64,000 nt of DNA. Source: an uncultured Bacteroidota bacterium. Its GTDB lineage: Bacteria; Bacteroidota; Bacteroidia; Bacteroidales; Bacteroidaceae. The notes under the pieces are model-generated. The model was not told the origin of the DNA. It did no database searches and saw only the letters and a list, made by a program, of their open reading frames with translations. Below are positions 10,178 through 19,865 of this stretch, one piece after another (within the stretch, counting starts at the first letter, position 1; each line of letters begins with the position of its first letter). Location of the stretch: the NCBI GenBank assembly GCA_947168315.1, contig CAMVLL010000002.1, positions 2,418 to 66,417 on the forward strand, given 5' to 3'. Made by a program: the position numbers and the translations under genes.

Positions 10178-11026
10178 TTATCCCTGATGTACAGTCAGTT
10201 GTGGGAATGGGAATGATATTCCTTCCTTGTTGAAGGTCTCATAGATATTCTTATTCATCTGGAAAGTAACATCCCAGAAGTCGGAACTCTTAGCCCAAAC
10301 TCGAATTTTGATATTCACACTACTGTCGGCCAATTCTCCAATATAGATAGTTGGCTCTGGAGTCTTGACAATCAAGGGATTCAATGCAATGATATTTCTA
10401 ATCACTTGCTCTACTTTTTGGTAATCAGTTCCGTATTCCACACCAATGTTCCATTCTATACGTCTCAGGTCTTTTTCACTATAATTGGTTATAACTCCGT
10501 TACTTAGGCTCCCATTTGGAGCATAGACGGTCTTATTATCGGGAGTTATTAGTACGGTATGGAAGATCTGGATCTCTTTTACTGTACCCATTGCACCTGC
10601 TGAGCTTTCAATAAAGTCTCCAACTTTAAATGGACGGAACACCAAGATAAGGATCCCGCCTGCAAAGTTGGACAGATTGCCCGACAGAGCCATACCTACA
10701 GCCATGCCTGCGGATGCAATTAGTGCTGCAATACCTGTGAGTTTGATACCGAGTTGTCCGATAATGGATAAAACGAGAATGGTATAAAGTAAAATGTTTA
10801 TCAAACTCTTTAGGAATGATGTAACTGTTGGTTCAACTTTCCGTTTAATCAACAGTTTTTCAAAAAGTTTGTTTAACCATTTGATGACATATTTTCCAAT
10901 AATATAGATGACAAGTGCACCCAATAATCGGAGACCGATATCCACACTACTCTCCAATAATTTTCCCATAGCTTGAGATATCTGATCACTCATCGTTGCT
11001 TCTAATAAGATCATATTCAATAGCAT
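10178..11026 (-). CDS. mscS: Small-conductance mechanosensitive channel
   Basis: Three TM, LSNFAGGILILVFRPFKVGD, ISFPFPQ. Confidence 0.93.
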   Translation of the reverse strand: MLLNMILLEATMSDQISQAMGKLLESSVDIGLRLLGALVIYIIGKYVIKWLNKLFEKLLIKRKVEPTVTSFLKSLINILLYTILVLSIIGQLGIKLTGIAALIASAGMAVGMALSGNLSNFAGGILILVFRPFKVGDFIESSAGAMGTVKEIQIFHTVLITPDNKTVYAPNGSLSNGVITNYSEKDLRRIEWNIGVEYGTDYQKVEQVIRNIIALNPLIVKTPEPTIYIGELADSSVNIKIRVWAKSSDFWDVTFQMNKNIYETFNKEGISFPFPQLTVHQG

Positions 11027-11038
11027 TAAAATAGTTGT

Positions 11039-11650
11039 TTATTCAATTAAAAAACCTTTTCCTTGGCGGATAATCTCAGGCTCATCTTCTGTACAGTTGA
11101 CGATTGTTGAAGGTTCCAATCCACCAATGCCTCCGTCAATAACCAAGTCGACGTCATCGCCATACTTCTCGTTGATCAGTTCCGGGTCGGTTACATATTC
11201 CGAATCTTCGTCATCGTCATGTGGTAATGTTGTTGAGAAGATAGGAGCATTGAGCTGACTGCATATTTCTCGGATGATATTATTATCGGGAATACGAATA
11301 CCCACCTCTTTTCTGTTACGGAAAATCTTTGGCAGATTGCTACTGGTGTTTAGAATAAAGGTAAACGGACCAGGCAAGTTCCGTTTCATCAGTTTGAAGG
11401 TGGCATTGCTGATCTTCGCATATTCACTGATGTGGCTCATATCATAGCATACGATGGATAGCCGATGCTTTGACGGATCCTTCTTCTTTAGTTTACAGAT
11501 CTGTTCTACGGCCTGAGCTTTCAAACCGTTACAACAGAAGGCGTACATAGTATCAGTAGGACAGATGATAATTCCTCCATCATTCAAAAGACGTACGATT
11601 CGGTCGATGTCTTTAGGGTTATTGTTCTTTTCGTATAATTTGATTAGCAT
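11039..11650 (-). CDS. Sua5/YciO/YrdC family protein
   Basis: PTDTMY, LPGPFTFIL, VGIRIPDN, PSTIVNC. Confidence 0.9.
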   Translation of the reverse strand: MLIKLYEKNNNPKDIDRIVRLLNDGGIIICPTDTMYAFCCNGLKAQAVEQICKLKKKDPSKHRLSIVCYDMSHISEYAKISNATFKLMKRNLPGPFTFILNTSSNLPKIFRNRKEVGIRIPDNNIIREICSQLNAPIFSTTLPHDDDEDSEYVTDPELINEKYGDDVDLVIDGGIGGLEPSTIVNCTEDEPEIIRQGKGFLIE

Positions 11651-11651
11651 A

Positions 11652-13652
11652 TTATTTAGATTTCTTTTCTCTCAATTTCTGTGCAATTGCCCATTGGATG
11701 CTTGCTTCCTCTTCCTTACCTTGTCGCATCAAGACATCTCCGAACAGTTCGTGCGCCTTGGCGTGTTCGGGTTTCAGTGAGATAGCCCGGTCAAAGTCGG
11801 CTGCAGCACCTTCCACATCGTTCATGTCGAGCCGTACTCGACTGCGATTATATATTGCCTTGAACGAGCGTGGACTTAGTTTGATGGCTGTGTTCAAGCA
11901 TTTCATTGCTTCTTGCTGGTTATTCACATCATAGAGCGTGATTCCTTTTCTTACCCAAGCATCAACGTAGTTTGGATTCAGTTCCAGAGCCTTGTTATAA
12001 TTGGCAAGCGCAGCCTGAGCATCGTGTGCTTGAGTGATACATTCATTTCCCAAGAGGTAATATTCCGTAGCATATTTCTCTAAGTTCTTCTGCTGTTGAT
12101 GCATTTTCTCTCGCAATTGTTGGTTTTCCTCCTTCAAACGATTGATAATGTTCAGTTTTCGCTGAATGAACCGTTTGACGAGAGGACGTTCAATGTCGTA
12201 ACGAGAGTGAATGGCGAGGAAGAACTTCTGTAGGAACAGTTCGAAGTTGCCATCATTGAATGCTTTTACGGCTTCCTTGTATTGGATATCTGCTTGAGCT
12301 TGTTTCAATGCTTTCTCAACGGCCTGTTGGTTATTGAAACGACTAGCAAACTGGACGATTTCAGGGCGTACGAAGATATCGCTTCGGTTGATAGGCTGTC
12401 GTAATTGGATACCATCCAGCGATGTACAACGGCTTAGAGCCACATAAGCCTGTCCGCCGGCGAACACGCCTCCCGAGAAATCGATGACCACGTTACTAAA
12501 GGTCAGTCCTTGACTTTTGTGAACGGTAATGGCCCAAGCCAAGCGTATAGGATATTGAATATATACACCTAACTCTTCTTCTTCGATCTTTTTCTCTTTT
12601 TCGTTATAGGTATATCGGATATTACTCCATCGTTCCTGCATCACTTCGTATTCATTTCCGTCTTCGGTGATGACATAGAGAGTGCCGTCCTCGCCAATTA
12701 CTGATATTTCGCCGATTGTTCCATTCACCCAGCGTCGGTCAGGGTCATTCTTGATGAAGATAATCTGTGCCCCTGGTTTCACTTCGAGTTCGATAGGAGT
12801 GGGTAAACTGCTTTCCGGAAACTCTCCTTTAATCTCACCTTGTAATACGACGGGCTCTCCAGGTAGTTCGTCCAGTTTTTGTTCATTGATATAGTCGACG
12901 GAGTCACGTCGGGTAGCCAACGTGATATACATATCTTTCTCGTTTTCCTCAACCTCGGTGTTATACCGCATATTCAGCAATTGCAAGTCGGCTGCTCCTG
13001 CTTGATTATTGCGGATATGGTCGAGTACGCTTACAAATACCTTATCGGTTTGACGATATACTTTCTTCAGCTCGATGCTGACTAGATCCATTTGTGAAAA
13101 GACGCGTGCTGAGAAAAAATAAGGGTTGGGATAGAACCTGCTTAGGATATCTCGTTCGTCGTTTTTGACTACCGGTTCCAACTGGAAGACATCTCCGACA
13201 AAAAGCATTTGTTTTCCTCCGAAAGGCTCGCGCATATTGTGCGAATAGACCCTGAGTACCTTGTCGATAAAGTCAATGATATCGGCACGTACCATGGATA
13301 TCTCGTCAATAATGATAAGCTCTGTTTCTTTCAACAACTTCCGTTGTGAAGACGAATACTTGAGGAAGCTATGTAGCTTTCCTCCTTTCAAACTAAAGTT
13401 CGGATCATCGGGTAAAAGCGGGTAGAAAGGTAAGCGGAAGAAACTATGTAAGGTACTTCCTCCTGCGTTGATGGCGGCGATGCCGGTAGGCGCCAGTACG
13501 ACATGCTTCTTCTTTGTGACTTCACAGATGTACTTTAGGAACGTAGATTTCCCCGTACCCGCCTTTCCCGTTAGGAAAACGGACTGGCGTGTAAACTGAA
13601 TCAGATTCAACGCATTCTGAAATTCTTGGTTCGAGGTATCTATTTTCATCAT
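11652..13652 (-). CDS. PIF1-like SF1B helicase with C-terminal coiled coil and TPR repeats
   Basis: GKAGTGKST, LAPTGIAA, DEISMV, GDVFQL, AITVHKSQG, YVALSR, then TPRs; ATG at 13652 preferred over TTG at 13673. Confidence 0.9.
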   Translation of the reverse strand: MMKIDTSNQEFQNALNLIQFTRQSVFLTGKAGTGKSTFLKYICEVTKKKHVVLAPTGIAAINAGGSTLHSFFRLPFYPLLPDDPNFSLKGGKLHSFLKYSSSQRKLLKETELIIIDEISMVRADIIDFIDKVLRVYSHNMREPFGGKQMLFVGDVFQLEPVVKNDERDILSRFYPNPYFFSARVFSQMDLVSIELKKVYRQTDKVFVSVLDHIRNNQAGAADLQLLNMRYNTEVEENEKDMYITLATRRDSVDYINEQKLDELPGEPVVLQGEIKGEFPESSLPTPIELEVKPGAQIIFIKNDPDRRWVNGTIGEISVIGEDGTLYVITEDGNEYEVMQERWSNIRYTYNEKEKKIEEEELGVYIQYPIRLAWAITVHKSQGLTFSNVVIDFSGGVFAGGQAYVALSRCTSLDGIQLRQPINRSDIFVRPEIVQFASRFNNQQAVEKALKQAQADIQYKEAVKAFNDGNFELFLQKFFLAIHSRYDIERPLVKRFIQRKLNIINRLKEENQQLREKMHQQQKNLEKYATEYYLLGNECITQAHDAQAALANYNKALELNPNYVDAWVRKGITLYDVNNQQEAMKCLNTAIKLSPRSFKAIYNRSRVRLDMNDVEGAAADFDRAISLKPEHAKAHELFGDVLMRQGKEEEASIQWAIAQKLREKKSK

Positions 13653-13680
13653 AAAAGTACTGCTTTTACTCAAACGAAGT

Positions 13681-13729
13681 CAAAGTTACAAAAATAGCTG
13701 TTATTTTAAAAAGGTTTTTGTTATCTTTG
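13681..13729. promoter_or_regulatory. Divergent -7 promoter elements (helicase operon and GH16)
   Basis: TAACTTTG on minus at 13681-13688 and TATCTTTG on plus at 13722-13729. Confidence 0.65.
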
Positions 13730-13757
13730 CTTGAAATATAACTTAAATATTACTAGG

Positions 13758-14534
13758 ATGAAAAAGTTAACAGGTTTTCTTTTAGGTATGGTTTGTTTGT
13801 TCTCTTGCAGTCATGAACCTTCATGGCAGTTGGTATGGGAAGAGAACTTTGATGGTACAGAGTTAGATACAACGGTTTGGAGTCGTATTCCTCGTGGTCG
13901 TGCTGATTGGCAAAACACGCAATCGTTTGATGACCGTTGTTATGAGATGCGTAACGGTCTGCTTATATTGAAAGGTATTGTCAATGACAATCTGGAAGCA
14001 GATACAGCTCATTTTTTGACAGGTGGTGTGTGGACAAAAGGGAAACATGCGTTCGAACCTGGTCGTATTGAAATACGTGCGAAGTTGCATGGAGCTCAAG
14101 GAGCGTGGCCAGCAATATGGGCGATGCCTTTTGATACACAGAAATATCATTGGCCGATGGGTGGCGAGATTGACATTATGGAACGTTTGAACAATGATTC
14201 GATTGCTTATCAGACGACTCACTCACATTATACACATAATTTGGGAATAAAAGATAACCCTCGTCAAGGAAGTACAGCCCCGATTAATCGTGATGACTTT
14301 AATGTGTATGGCGTAGATATTTATCCAGATAGCCTGGTGTACCACATTAATGGCGTTCGTGATTATGTTTATCCTCGCATTGAGACGGATAAGGAAGGTC
14401 AGTTCCCGTTCTATGTCGCACAATATCTACTTATTGATATGCAATTAGGTGGGGCGTGGGTTGGAAAAGTCAATCCAGACGACTTACCTGTGGAGATGGA
14501 AGTCGATTGGGTTCGTCATTATCTATGGAAATAA
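13758..14534 (+). CDS. GH16 glycoside hydrolase lipoprotein (beta-glucanase-like)
   Basis: Lipobox LFSC, WPAIW, catalytic GEIDIME, MEVDWVR; start moved to the ATG following the promoter. Confidence 0.9.
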   Translation: MKKLTGFLLGMVCLFSCSHEPSWQLVWEENFDGTELDTTVWSRIPRGRADWQNTQSFDDRCYEMRNGLLILKGIVNDNLEADTAHFLTGGVWTKGKHAFEPGRIEIRAKLHGAQGAWPAIWAMPFDTQKYHWPMGGEIDIMERLNNDSIAYQTTHSHYTHNLGIKDNPRQGSTAPINRDDFNVYGVDIYPDSLVYHINGVRDYVYPRIETDKEGQFPFYVAQYLLIDMQLGGAWVGKVNPDDLPVEMEVDWVRHYLWK

Positions 14535-14537
14535 AAG

Positions 14538-14564
14538 AAAAGGCTGCTTCAAGCAGCCTTTTTT
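14538..14564. terminator. Bidirectional terminator
   Basis: AAAAGGCTGCTT-C-AAGCAGCCTTTTTT between convergent genes. Confidence 0.85.
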
Positions 14565-14568
14565 ATTG

Positions 14569-15051
14569 TTATTTCTTAAAATAATCGTTGGTAAACGAGA
14601 AGGGGAGTAAGTCGGCTACACTTTTGAAAATGTAGATTCCGTTCTTGCTGAAGAGCAATACCCTCATCGGTTTCCCATAACGTTTTTCTGTCTCCAACAA
14701 TACTTGGCGGCAAGAACCGCAAGGAGCAGAAGGACGTTCGATAAAGTCTTGCTGATCACGGCAAGCCACAGCCAGACTTTTTACAGAAGCGTTCGGATAT
14801 TCCGAGTTGGCATGGAAGACGCAGGTTCGCTCGGCACAAAGTCCGGAAGGGAAAGCAGCGTTCTCCTGATTACTTCCCGTCACAATCTTTCCATTGCTCA
14901 ACAGGGCTGAGGCTCCAACGAAGAAATGTGAGTAAGGTGCATAGCTTCGTGAGGTTGCTTCTTTGGCTGCGTCAATCAACATACGGTCGGTTTCGCTAAG
15001 TTCGTCATACGATTTTAGCTCTACGTCAATGACAAATTGGATATTTTCCAT
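14569..15051 (-). CDS. cdd: Cytidine deaminase
   Basis: YAPYSHF, NQEN, CAERT, PCGSCRQ, LLPFSF. Confidence 0.95.
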   Translation of the reverse strand: MENIQFVIDVELKSYDELSETDRMLIDAAKEATSRSYAPYSHFFVGASALLSNGKIVTGSNQENAAFPSGLCAERTCVFHANSEYPNASVKSLAVACRDQQDFIERPSAPCGSCRQVLLETEKRYGKPMRVLLFSKNGIYIFKSVADLLPFSFTNDYFKK

Positions 15052-15071
15052 AAGTTTTTCGTTATCTGTTA

Positions 15072-15965
15072 TTATCTAAGTCGAATATAGTATCCTACCT
15101 GTGGCGCAGGATCTTCCGGCTTCATCTTGTTCATCTTATACAATTTCTTCAATTGGATACCATATCGTTGAGCGATAGAGTACATGGAGTCGCCTGCACG
15201 TACTTGGTGGATGATATGTTCCTCATCAGCACGCGGACGTTTCTTCTCCAGATATACGATATCACCAGCTTTTAGCTCGTACTCCTTGAACATATCGTTG
15301 TACTTAATCAGCTTTCGCTGTGAAATCTCGAATTCTTTTCCTATGCTCTTCCATGTATCACCGGCGCGGGCAATGACATATACCAATCCATTTGCCAAAT
15401 AAGGCTGATGTGTATCTGTATTGTTTTGTACCCACTTCCGATTTGATTTCAAATCATAATTATACAAGCCATACAGTTCGATAAGATTAATCAGTTTGGT
15501 GGCATAGTCGGGAGCCGTTGCATAACCTGCTTGTTTCAGTCCGCGTGCCCATCCCCTATAATCGGTTGGATCCAACTTGAAAAGAAAAGCATAGCGCTGT
15601 CCTGTCCTCAAGAATTTGGAATGATCCTCATACGATTCTTTCGCATGTTTGTACGCGCGGAAACATTCTGCGTGTGCGTCATCGTCATGACGGATGGTAT
15701 TACCCGTCCAACTGATTCCACATTTGATGCCGAAGTGATTGTTTGATGCTTTTGCGAGCCAGCTTTGTCCGGCACCCGATTCCAGAATACCTTGAGCGAG
15801 TGTGATGCTGGCAGGAATATGATGTTTGTTCATTTCCTCTATGGCAATATCTTTGTATTTGCTGATGTATTGCTCATAGATTTTATTGCGGACTTGTGCC
15901 TGTGCAATTGTTCCCAACATTAAGGAGCATGCGAGGATACACAGACGGAAATAGTTCATACTCAT
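15072..15965 (-). CDS. GH73 glucosaminidase with two LysM domains
   Basis: ASITLAQGILES, NNHFGIKC, GYATAPDY, two LysM repeats. Confidence 0.92.
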   Translation of the reverse strand: MSMNYFRLCILACSLMLGTIAQAQVRNKIYEQYISKYKDIAIEEMNKHHIPASITLAQGILESGAGQSWLAKASNNHFGIKCGISWTGNTIRHDDDAHAECFRAYKHAKESYEDHSKFLRTGQRYAFLFKLDPTDYRGWARGLKQAGYATAPDYATKLINLIELYGLYNYDLKSNRKWVQNNTDTHQPYLANGLVYVIARAGDTWKSIGKEFEISQRKLIKYNDMFKEYELKAGDIVYLEKKRPRADEEHIIHQVRAGDSMYSIAQRYGIQLKKLYKMNKMKPEDPAPQVGYYIRLR

Positions 15966-15971
15966 ATCGTA

Positions 15972-16613
15972 TTATTCAAAGTAAGTTTCTCCGAAAAACT
16001 CAGGACGATGATAATCCGGTTGTTCGGTTTTGATAGGATTCCAAGTTACATAATGTGGGGTCTCCAGTTCGTCACCACACTTATAGAAGTTGGCTTTCAC
16101 CAGTTGATTGTCCAACATCTGAATATGATGTTTGAAGAATACACTATAAGGAATGATGAGCGCCAGTTCCCAACTACATTCGCCTACTCGTTCTTCGAAA
16201 GGTTCGTTACCTAGGGAACTCCATCGTTTTATCTGTTTAGTCACTTCGAGAGGAGCAACTTCGCGGCCATGACGGTCGCAACCTGCTTCCATCAATATCG
16301 TTCCAATACAATTACATTCTATATTATAGTAAATACAATCACCTCCCGGAACGGAGAAGAATTCGACGCAAGAATCTTTATAAACAGCACCTCCATCTTC
16401 ACCATATTTGGCTCTTACGCTTTTTTCTGTCACACGATAGTGAATCAGTATAGCATTGTCGGTATGAGCAATTCTGAATTGTACATCTGGTTTATAGTTA
16501 TAATTCTCCCAGTTAAGGATTCCGATGGCATTAAAAGCGATATTTGCCTCATCGAAAACGGCTGGAACATCCTTTGCATCCTGAATGTGGATATTCAATT
16601 TCTTTATATTCAT
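15972..16613 (-). CDS. CBM9-like sugar-binding domain protein
   Basis: DSCVEFF, YYNIECN, ANFYKCGD, PDYHRPEFFG; ATG at 16613 lies downstream of TATCTTTG (16639-16646). Confidence 0.8.
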   Translation of the reverse strand: MNIKKLNIHIQDAKDVPAVFDEANIAFNAIGILNWENYNYKPDVQFRIAHTDNAILIHYRVTEKSVRAKYGEDGGAVYKDSCVEFFSVPGGDCIYYNIECNCIGTILMEAGCDRHGREVAPLEVTKQIKRWSSLGNEPFEERVGECSWELALIIPYSVFFKHHIQMLDNQLVKANFYKCGDELETPHYVTWNPIKTEQPDYHRPEFFGETYFE

Positions 16614-16729
16614 AATTTGGCGGATTTTGGTTGATAAGCAAAGATAATGCAAATAGCAGATTACAACAAAGGAAAGAGTGTTTTTGTTGTATGTTTTATT
16701 ATTTTTTTGCCTTTGAGGGAGTAGGATAC

Positions 16730-16753
16730 GGGATGGCACAAGGTCGTCCTAAC
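16730..16753. repeat. Degenerate REP-like hairpin (copy 1)
   Basis: GGATGGC-ACAAG-GTCGTCC-TAAC; same loop as the copy at 49701 in opposite orientation. Confidence 0.5.
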
Positions 16754-16764
16754 AGGGAGAATAT

Positions 16765-16890
16765 TCAGAATTCGTGTTTTTCTTTTCAGAATTCGTTGTT
16801 TTTTTATCAGAATTCGTGTTTTTGAGCCCAAATACTGAGTTTTTGGGGCCAATCGTCAAGTTTTTGAAGCCAAACATCGAGTTTTTGAAA
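16765..16890. repeat. Degenerate 21-bp tandem array, 6 units (copy 1)
   Basis: Units start at 16765, 16786, 16807, 16828, 16849, 16870, drifting from TCAGAATTCGTGTTTTT to CCAAACATCGAGTTTTTGAAA. Confidence 0.85.
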
Positions 16891-16965
16891 GGGTGAGTAG
16901 AAAAAGGCGAGATATTTGGTATTACTCCTATTTTTGTTTTATCTTCGCAAAAAGATTTTGTGTTT

Positions 16966-18330
16966 ATGATGAAACGAATTTATTTAATTGGCATATTACT
17001 GATGTGGATTTGTGTATCCGCTATTTATGCACAAAAAGCTTCGAAGTATCGTGTTTATCTGAGTGATAAAAACGAGACAACTTATAGACTTGATCAGCCG
17101 GAGACGTTCCTATCTCAACGAGCTATCGACCGAAGGGTCAGACAGCAGTTGCCCATCGACAGTACCGATCTTCCTGTCAATGCGACTTACTTGAATATAA
17201 TCAAGCAAAAAGGGGTAGAGATTGTGAATTGTAGCAAATGGAACAATACGGTTCTTGTCCAGACTCGTGATGAGTCCCTGATGGAGCAAGTATCTTCGTT
17301 GCCATTTGTCGTGAAGATGCGTAAAGTATGGGTGGAACCCGATAGCATTCCTGCTCGGAACAAAGACCGTAAGAAGCAGATCAAGAAAGATGTTGAAAAA
17401 ACTGAGCACTACTATGGCGATGCTTTCCGACAGATTGCCGTTCATAATGGAGACAGCCTTCACGTAGCCGGTTTCAAAGGCGAGGGAATGCAGATCGCTG
17501 TTATCGATGCTGGTTTTTATAATGTGGATGTGATCCCGATGTTTAAACGTTTGAAACTGTTGGGAACACGTGATTTTGTCAATCCAAATTCCGACATTTA
17601 TGAGGAGAACACGCACGGAATGATGGTGCTTTCTTGTATGGCAGCCAATCAGCCGAAAGTGATGGTGGGAACTGCTCCGGAAGCATCCTATTGGTTGTTG
17701 AGAAGTGAGGATAATGATACGGAGCAACCAGTGGAAGAAGACTATTGGGCTGCTGCCGTTGAGTTTGCTGATAGTGTGGGTGTCGACGTATTAAACACCT
17801 CTTTAGGATATCACGAGTTCGATAATAAGGTGGATAACTACCGCTACCGTGATTTGAACGGTCATGTGTCGCTGATGTCGAATACGGCATCGATGATTGC
17901 CGACAAAGGAATGGTTTTGGTATGCAGTGCCGGTAACTCTGGAAGTAAGACCTGGAAGAAAATCACTCCTCCGGGAGATGCCGAGAACGTGATCACCGTG
18001 GGTGCGTTGACACGTGACCTTATCAATGCTAATTTCTCGTCGTTAGGTGATACGACCGACGGTCGTGTGAAGCCGGATGTGATGGCTGTTGGCGTTTATT
18101 CCTCTGTTTCCGGTGTAGATGGCCTGCCTTCTCATGGCAATGGAACCTCATTTGCGTCGCCAACGTTCTGCGGACTGGTGGCTTGTTTTTGGCAATCGTG
18201 TCCACATCTCACAGCAAAGGAAGTAGTTCAGGCTATTATTCATAGTGCCGATCGGTTGGATTATCCCGATAATGTCTTCGGATATGGTATATCAGACGTT
18301 TGGAAAGCATATAAAGAGAATAAAAGATGA
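16966..18330 (+). CDS. S8 subtilisin-like serine peptidase, secreted
   Basis: Signal peptide, triad motifs VIDAG, THGMMV, GTSFASP, oxyanion SAGN. Confidence 0.92.
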   Translation: MMKRIYLIGILLMWICVSAIYAQKASKYRVYLSDKNETTYRLDQPETFLSQRAIDRRVRQQLPIDSTDLPVNATYLNIIKQKGVEIVNCSKWNNTVLVQTRDESLMEQVSSLPFVVKMRKVWVEPDSIPARNKDRKKQIKKDVEKTEHYYGDAFRQIAVHNGDSLHVAGFKGEGMQIAVIDAGFYNVDVIPMFKRLKLLGTRDFVNPNSDIYEENTHGMMVLSCMAANQPKVMVGTAPEASYWLLRSEDNDTEQPVEEDYWAAAVEFADSVGVDVLNTSLGYHEFDNKVDNYRYRDLNGHVSLMSNTASMIADKGMVLVCSAGNSGSKTWKKITPPGDAENVITVGALTRDLINANFSSLGDTTDGRVKPDVMAVGVYSSVSGVDGLPSHGNGTSFASPTFCGLVACFWQSCPHLTAKEVVQAIIHSADRLDYPDNVFGYGISDVWKAYKENKR

Positions 18331-19571
18331 TGGAAGCAATCACTCTTTTTGAACTGAACAACCTGGTTAAGGAAACCTTAAAGGACAACTTGACAACATC
18401 TTATTGGGTTCAGTCTGAACTGAGCGAGGTCCGTACCAACAGTGTTGGCCATTGTTATGTGGAGTTCATTCAAAAAGATGAGCGGAAGAACACGTTACTG
18501 GCAAAAGCCAGAGGAAATATATGGAGACAGACCTATAATATACTGAAACCTTACTTTGAACAGGCTACTGGACAGACATTACGTGCCGGTATCAAGGTAT
18601 TGGTAAAGGTGTTTGTCGATTTCCATGAGTTGTACGGCTATTCATTAAACGTAGTTGATATAGATCCGACATACACTATCGGTGATATGGAACGCCGCCG
18701 ACGTGAGATCCTAGACCAACTGGAAAAAGAAGGCGTTCTTACGTTGAATAAAGAGTTGGAGATGCCCTTGTTGCCACAGCGCATCGCCGTCATCTCGTCG
18801 GCAACAGCTGCCGGTTATGGCGATTTCTCGAATCAGTTGGCGCAGAACCCGTACGGATTTGCTTTTTATCCAAAACTTTTTCCTGCCATCATGCAGGGAG
18901 ATCAGGTGGAACGTTCCATCATACAAGCCCTTGATCAGATTTATGAGGAACTCGACCAATGGGATGTGGTGGTGATTATCCGTGGTGGCGGTGCAACTTC
19001 CGACCTGAATGGATTTGATACTTACGATTTGGCCTACCATTGTGCTCAATTCCCATTGCCTATCATAACAGGAATCGGTCATGAAAGAGACGATACGGTA
19101 CTCGACTTTGTCTCTCATACACGTGTTAAAACGCCAACAGCGGCTGCTGAATATCTTATTAATCAAGTACGGCAGACAGCAGATGACTTGGAAAACTATG
19201 CGAACGAGATTGTGGAAGTCATTACTGGAAAGATTCAGGAGGAACAAAACCGACTGGCTCGTTTGACAGAACGCATACCGCTTCAAGTAAAAATGCGATT
19301 GGAACAGGAACGACATCTTCAAGAACATTGGATGCAGCGTCTCTCATCGGTATTGCAACTACGATTGCAGAAAGAACGTCATCGTTTGGACCTATGGGAA
19401 CAGGTGTTGAAAGCCGCTTCGCCAGAGCATTTATTAAAGAAAGGATATAGTATTACCTTGTCGCGCGGTAAGGCAGTAACCGATGTGGATTCATTAGAGA
19501 TAGGTGATGAGATAGAGACTAGAATTTTGAATGGAACAATCAGAAGTGTTGTCACAACAAAAGAAAAATAA
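18327..19571 (+). CDS. xseA: Exodeoxyribonuclease VII large subunit
   Basis: OB-fold GHCY, IIRGGG, TGIGHERD, KTPTAAA, LKKGYSI. Confidence 0.96.
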   Translation: MMEAITLFELNNLVKETLKDNLTTSYWVQSELSEVRTNSVGHCYVEFIQKDERKNTLLAKARGNIWRQTYNILKPYFEQATGQTLRAGIKVLVKVFVDFHELYGYSLNVVDIDPTYTIGDMERRRREILDQLEKEGVLTLNKELEMPLLPQRIAVISSATAAGYGDFSNQLAQNPYGFAFYPKLFPAIMQGDQVERSIIQALDQIYEELDQWDVVVIIRGGGATSDLNGFDTYDLAYHCAQFPLPIITGIGHERDDTVLDFVSHTRVKTPTAAAEYLINQVRQTADDLENYANEIVEVITGKIQEEQNRLARLTERIPLQVKMRLEQERHLQEHWMQRLSSVLQLRLQKERHRLDLWEQVLKAASPEHLLKKGYSITLSRGKAVTDVDSLEIGDEIETRILNGTIRSVVTTKEK

Positions 19572-19572
19572 A

Positions 19573-19782
19573 ATGGAAAAGCAAGAACAAACCTATGAGC
19601 AAGCGATGAAACGCTTGGAAGAGATTGTTACGGCAATCGATGGGGGAAAGTTAGGGATTGATAGTCTGAGTAAATACCTGAAGGAAGCTCAGACACTCAT
19701 CCAGTTTTGTCGTGAAAAATTGTATCAGACAGATCAAGATATTCAGAAATTATTGACCCCAGACGATCAAAATGAGGCATAA
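19573..19782 (+). CDS. xseB: Exodeoxyribonuclease VII small subunit
   Basis: TYEQAMKRLEEIV..LIQFCREKL directly after xseA; start at ATG 19573. Confidence 0.93.
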   Translation: MEKQEQTYEQAMKRLEEIVTAIDGGKLGIDSLSKYLKEAQTLIQFCREKLYQTDQDIQKLLTPDDQNEA

Positions 19783-19865
19783 TCTCAAAATAAAGTATCA
19801 TTTGGTTGTTTGTTGTCAATATAAAACGTAATTTTGTCCGTTGAAGACTAATTAAAGGAGGAAAT

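Noticed and set aside
16661-16852. 63-aa ORF with KTRIL heptads, and similarly ORF 49783-50007
   Set aside because: By-products of the 21-bp DNA period with non-ATG starts; no independent coding evidence
16765-16890. 21-bp arrays as a CRISPR array
   Set aside because: Units are contiguous and degenerate with no unique spacers, and no cas genes are present
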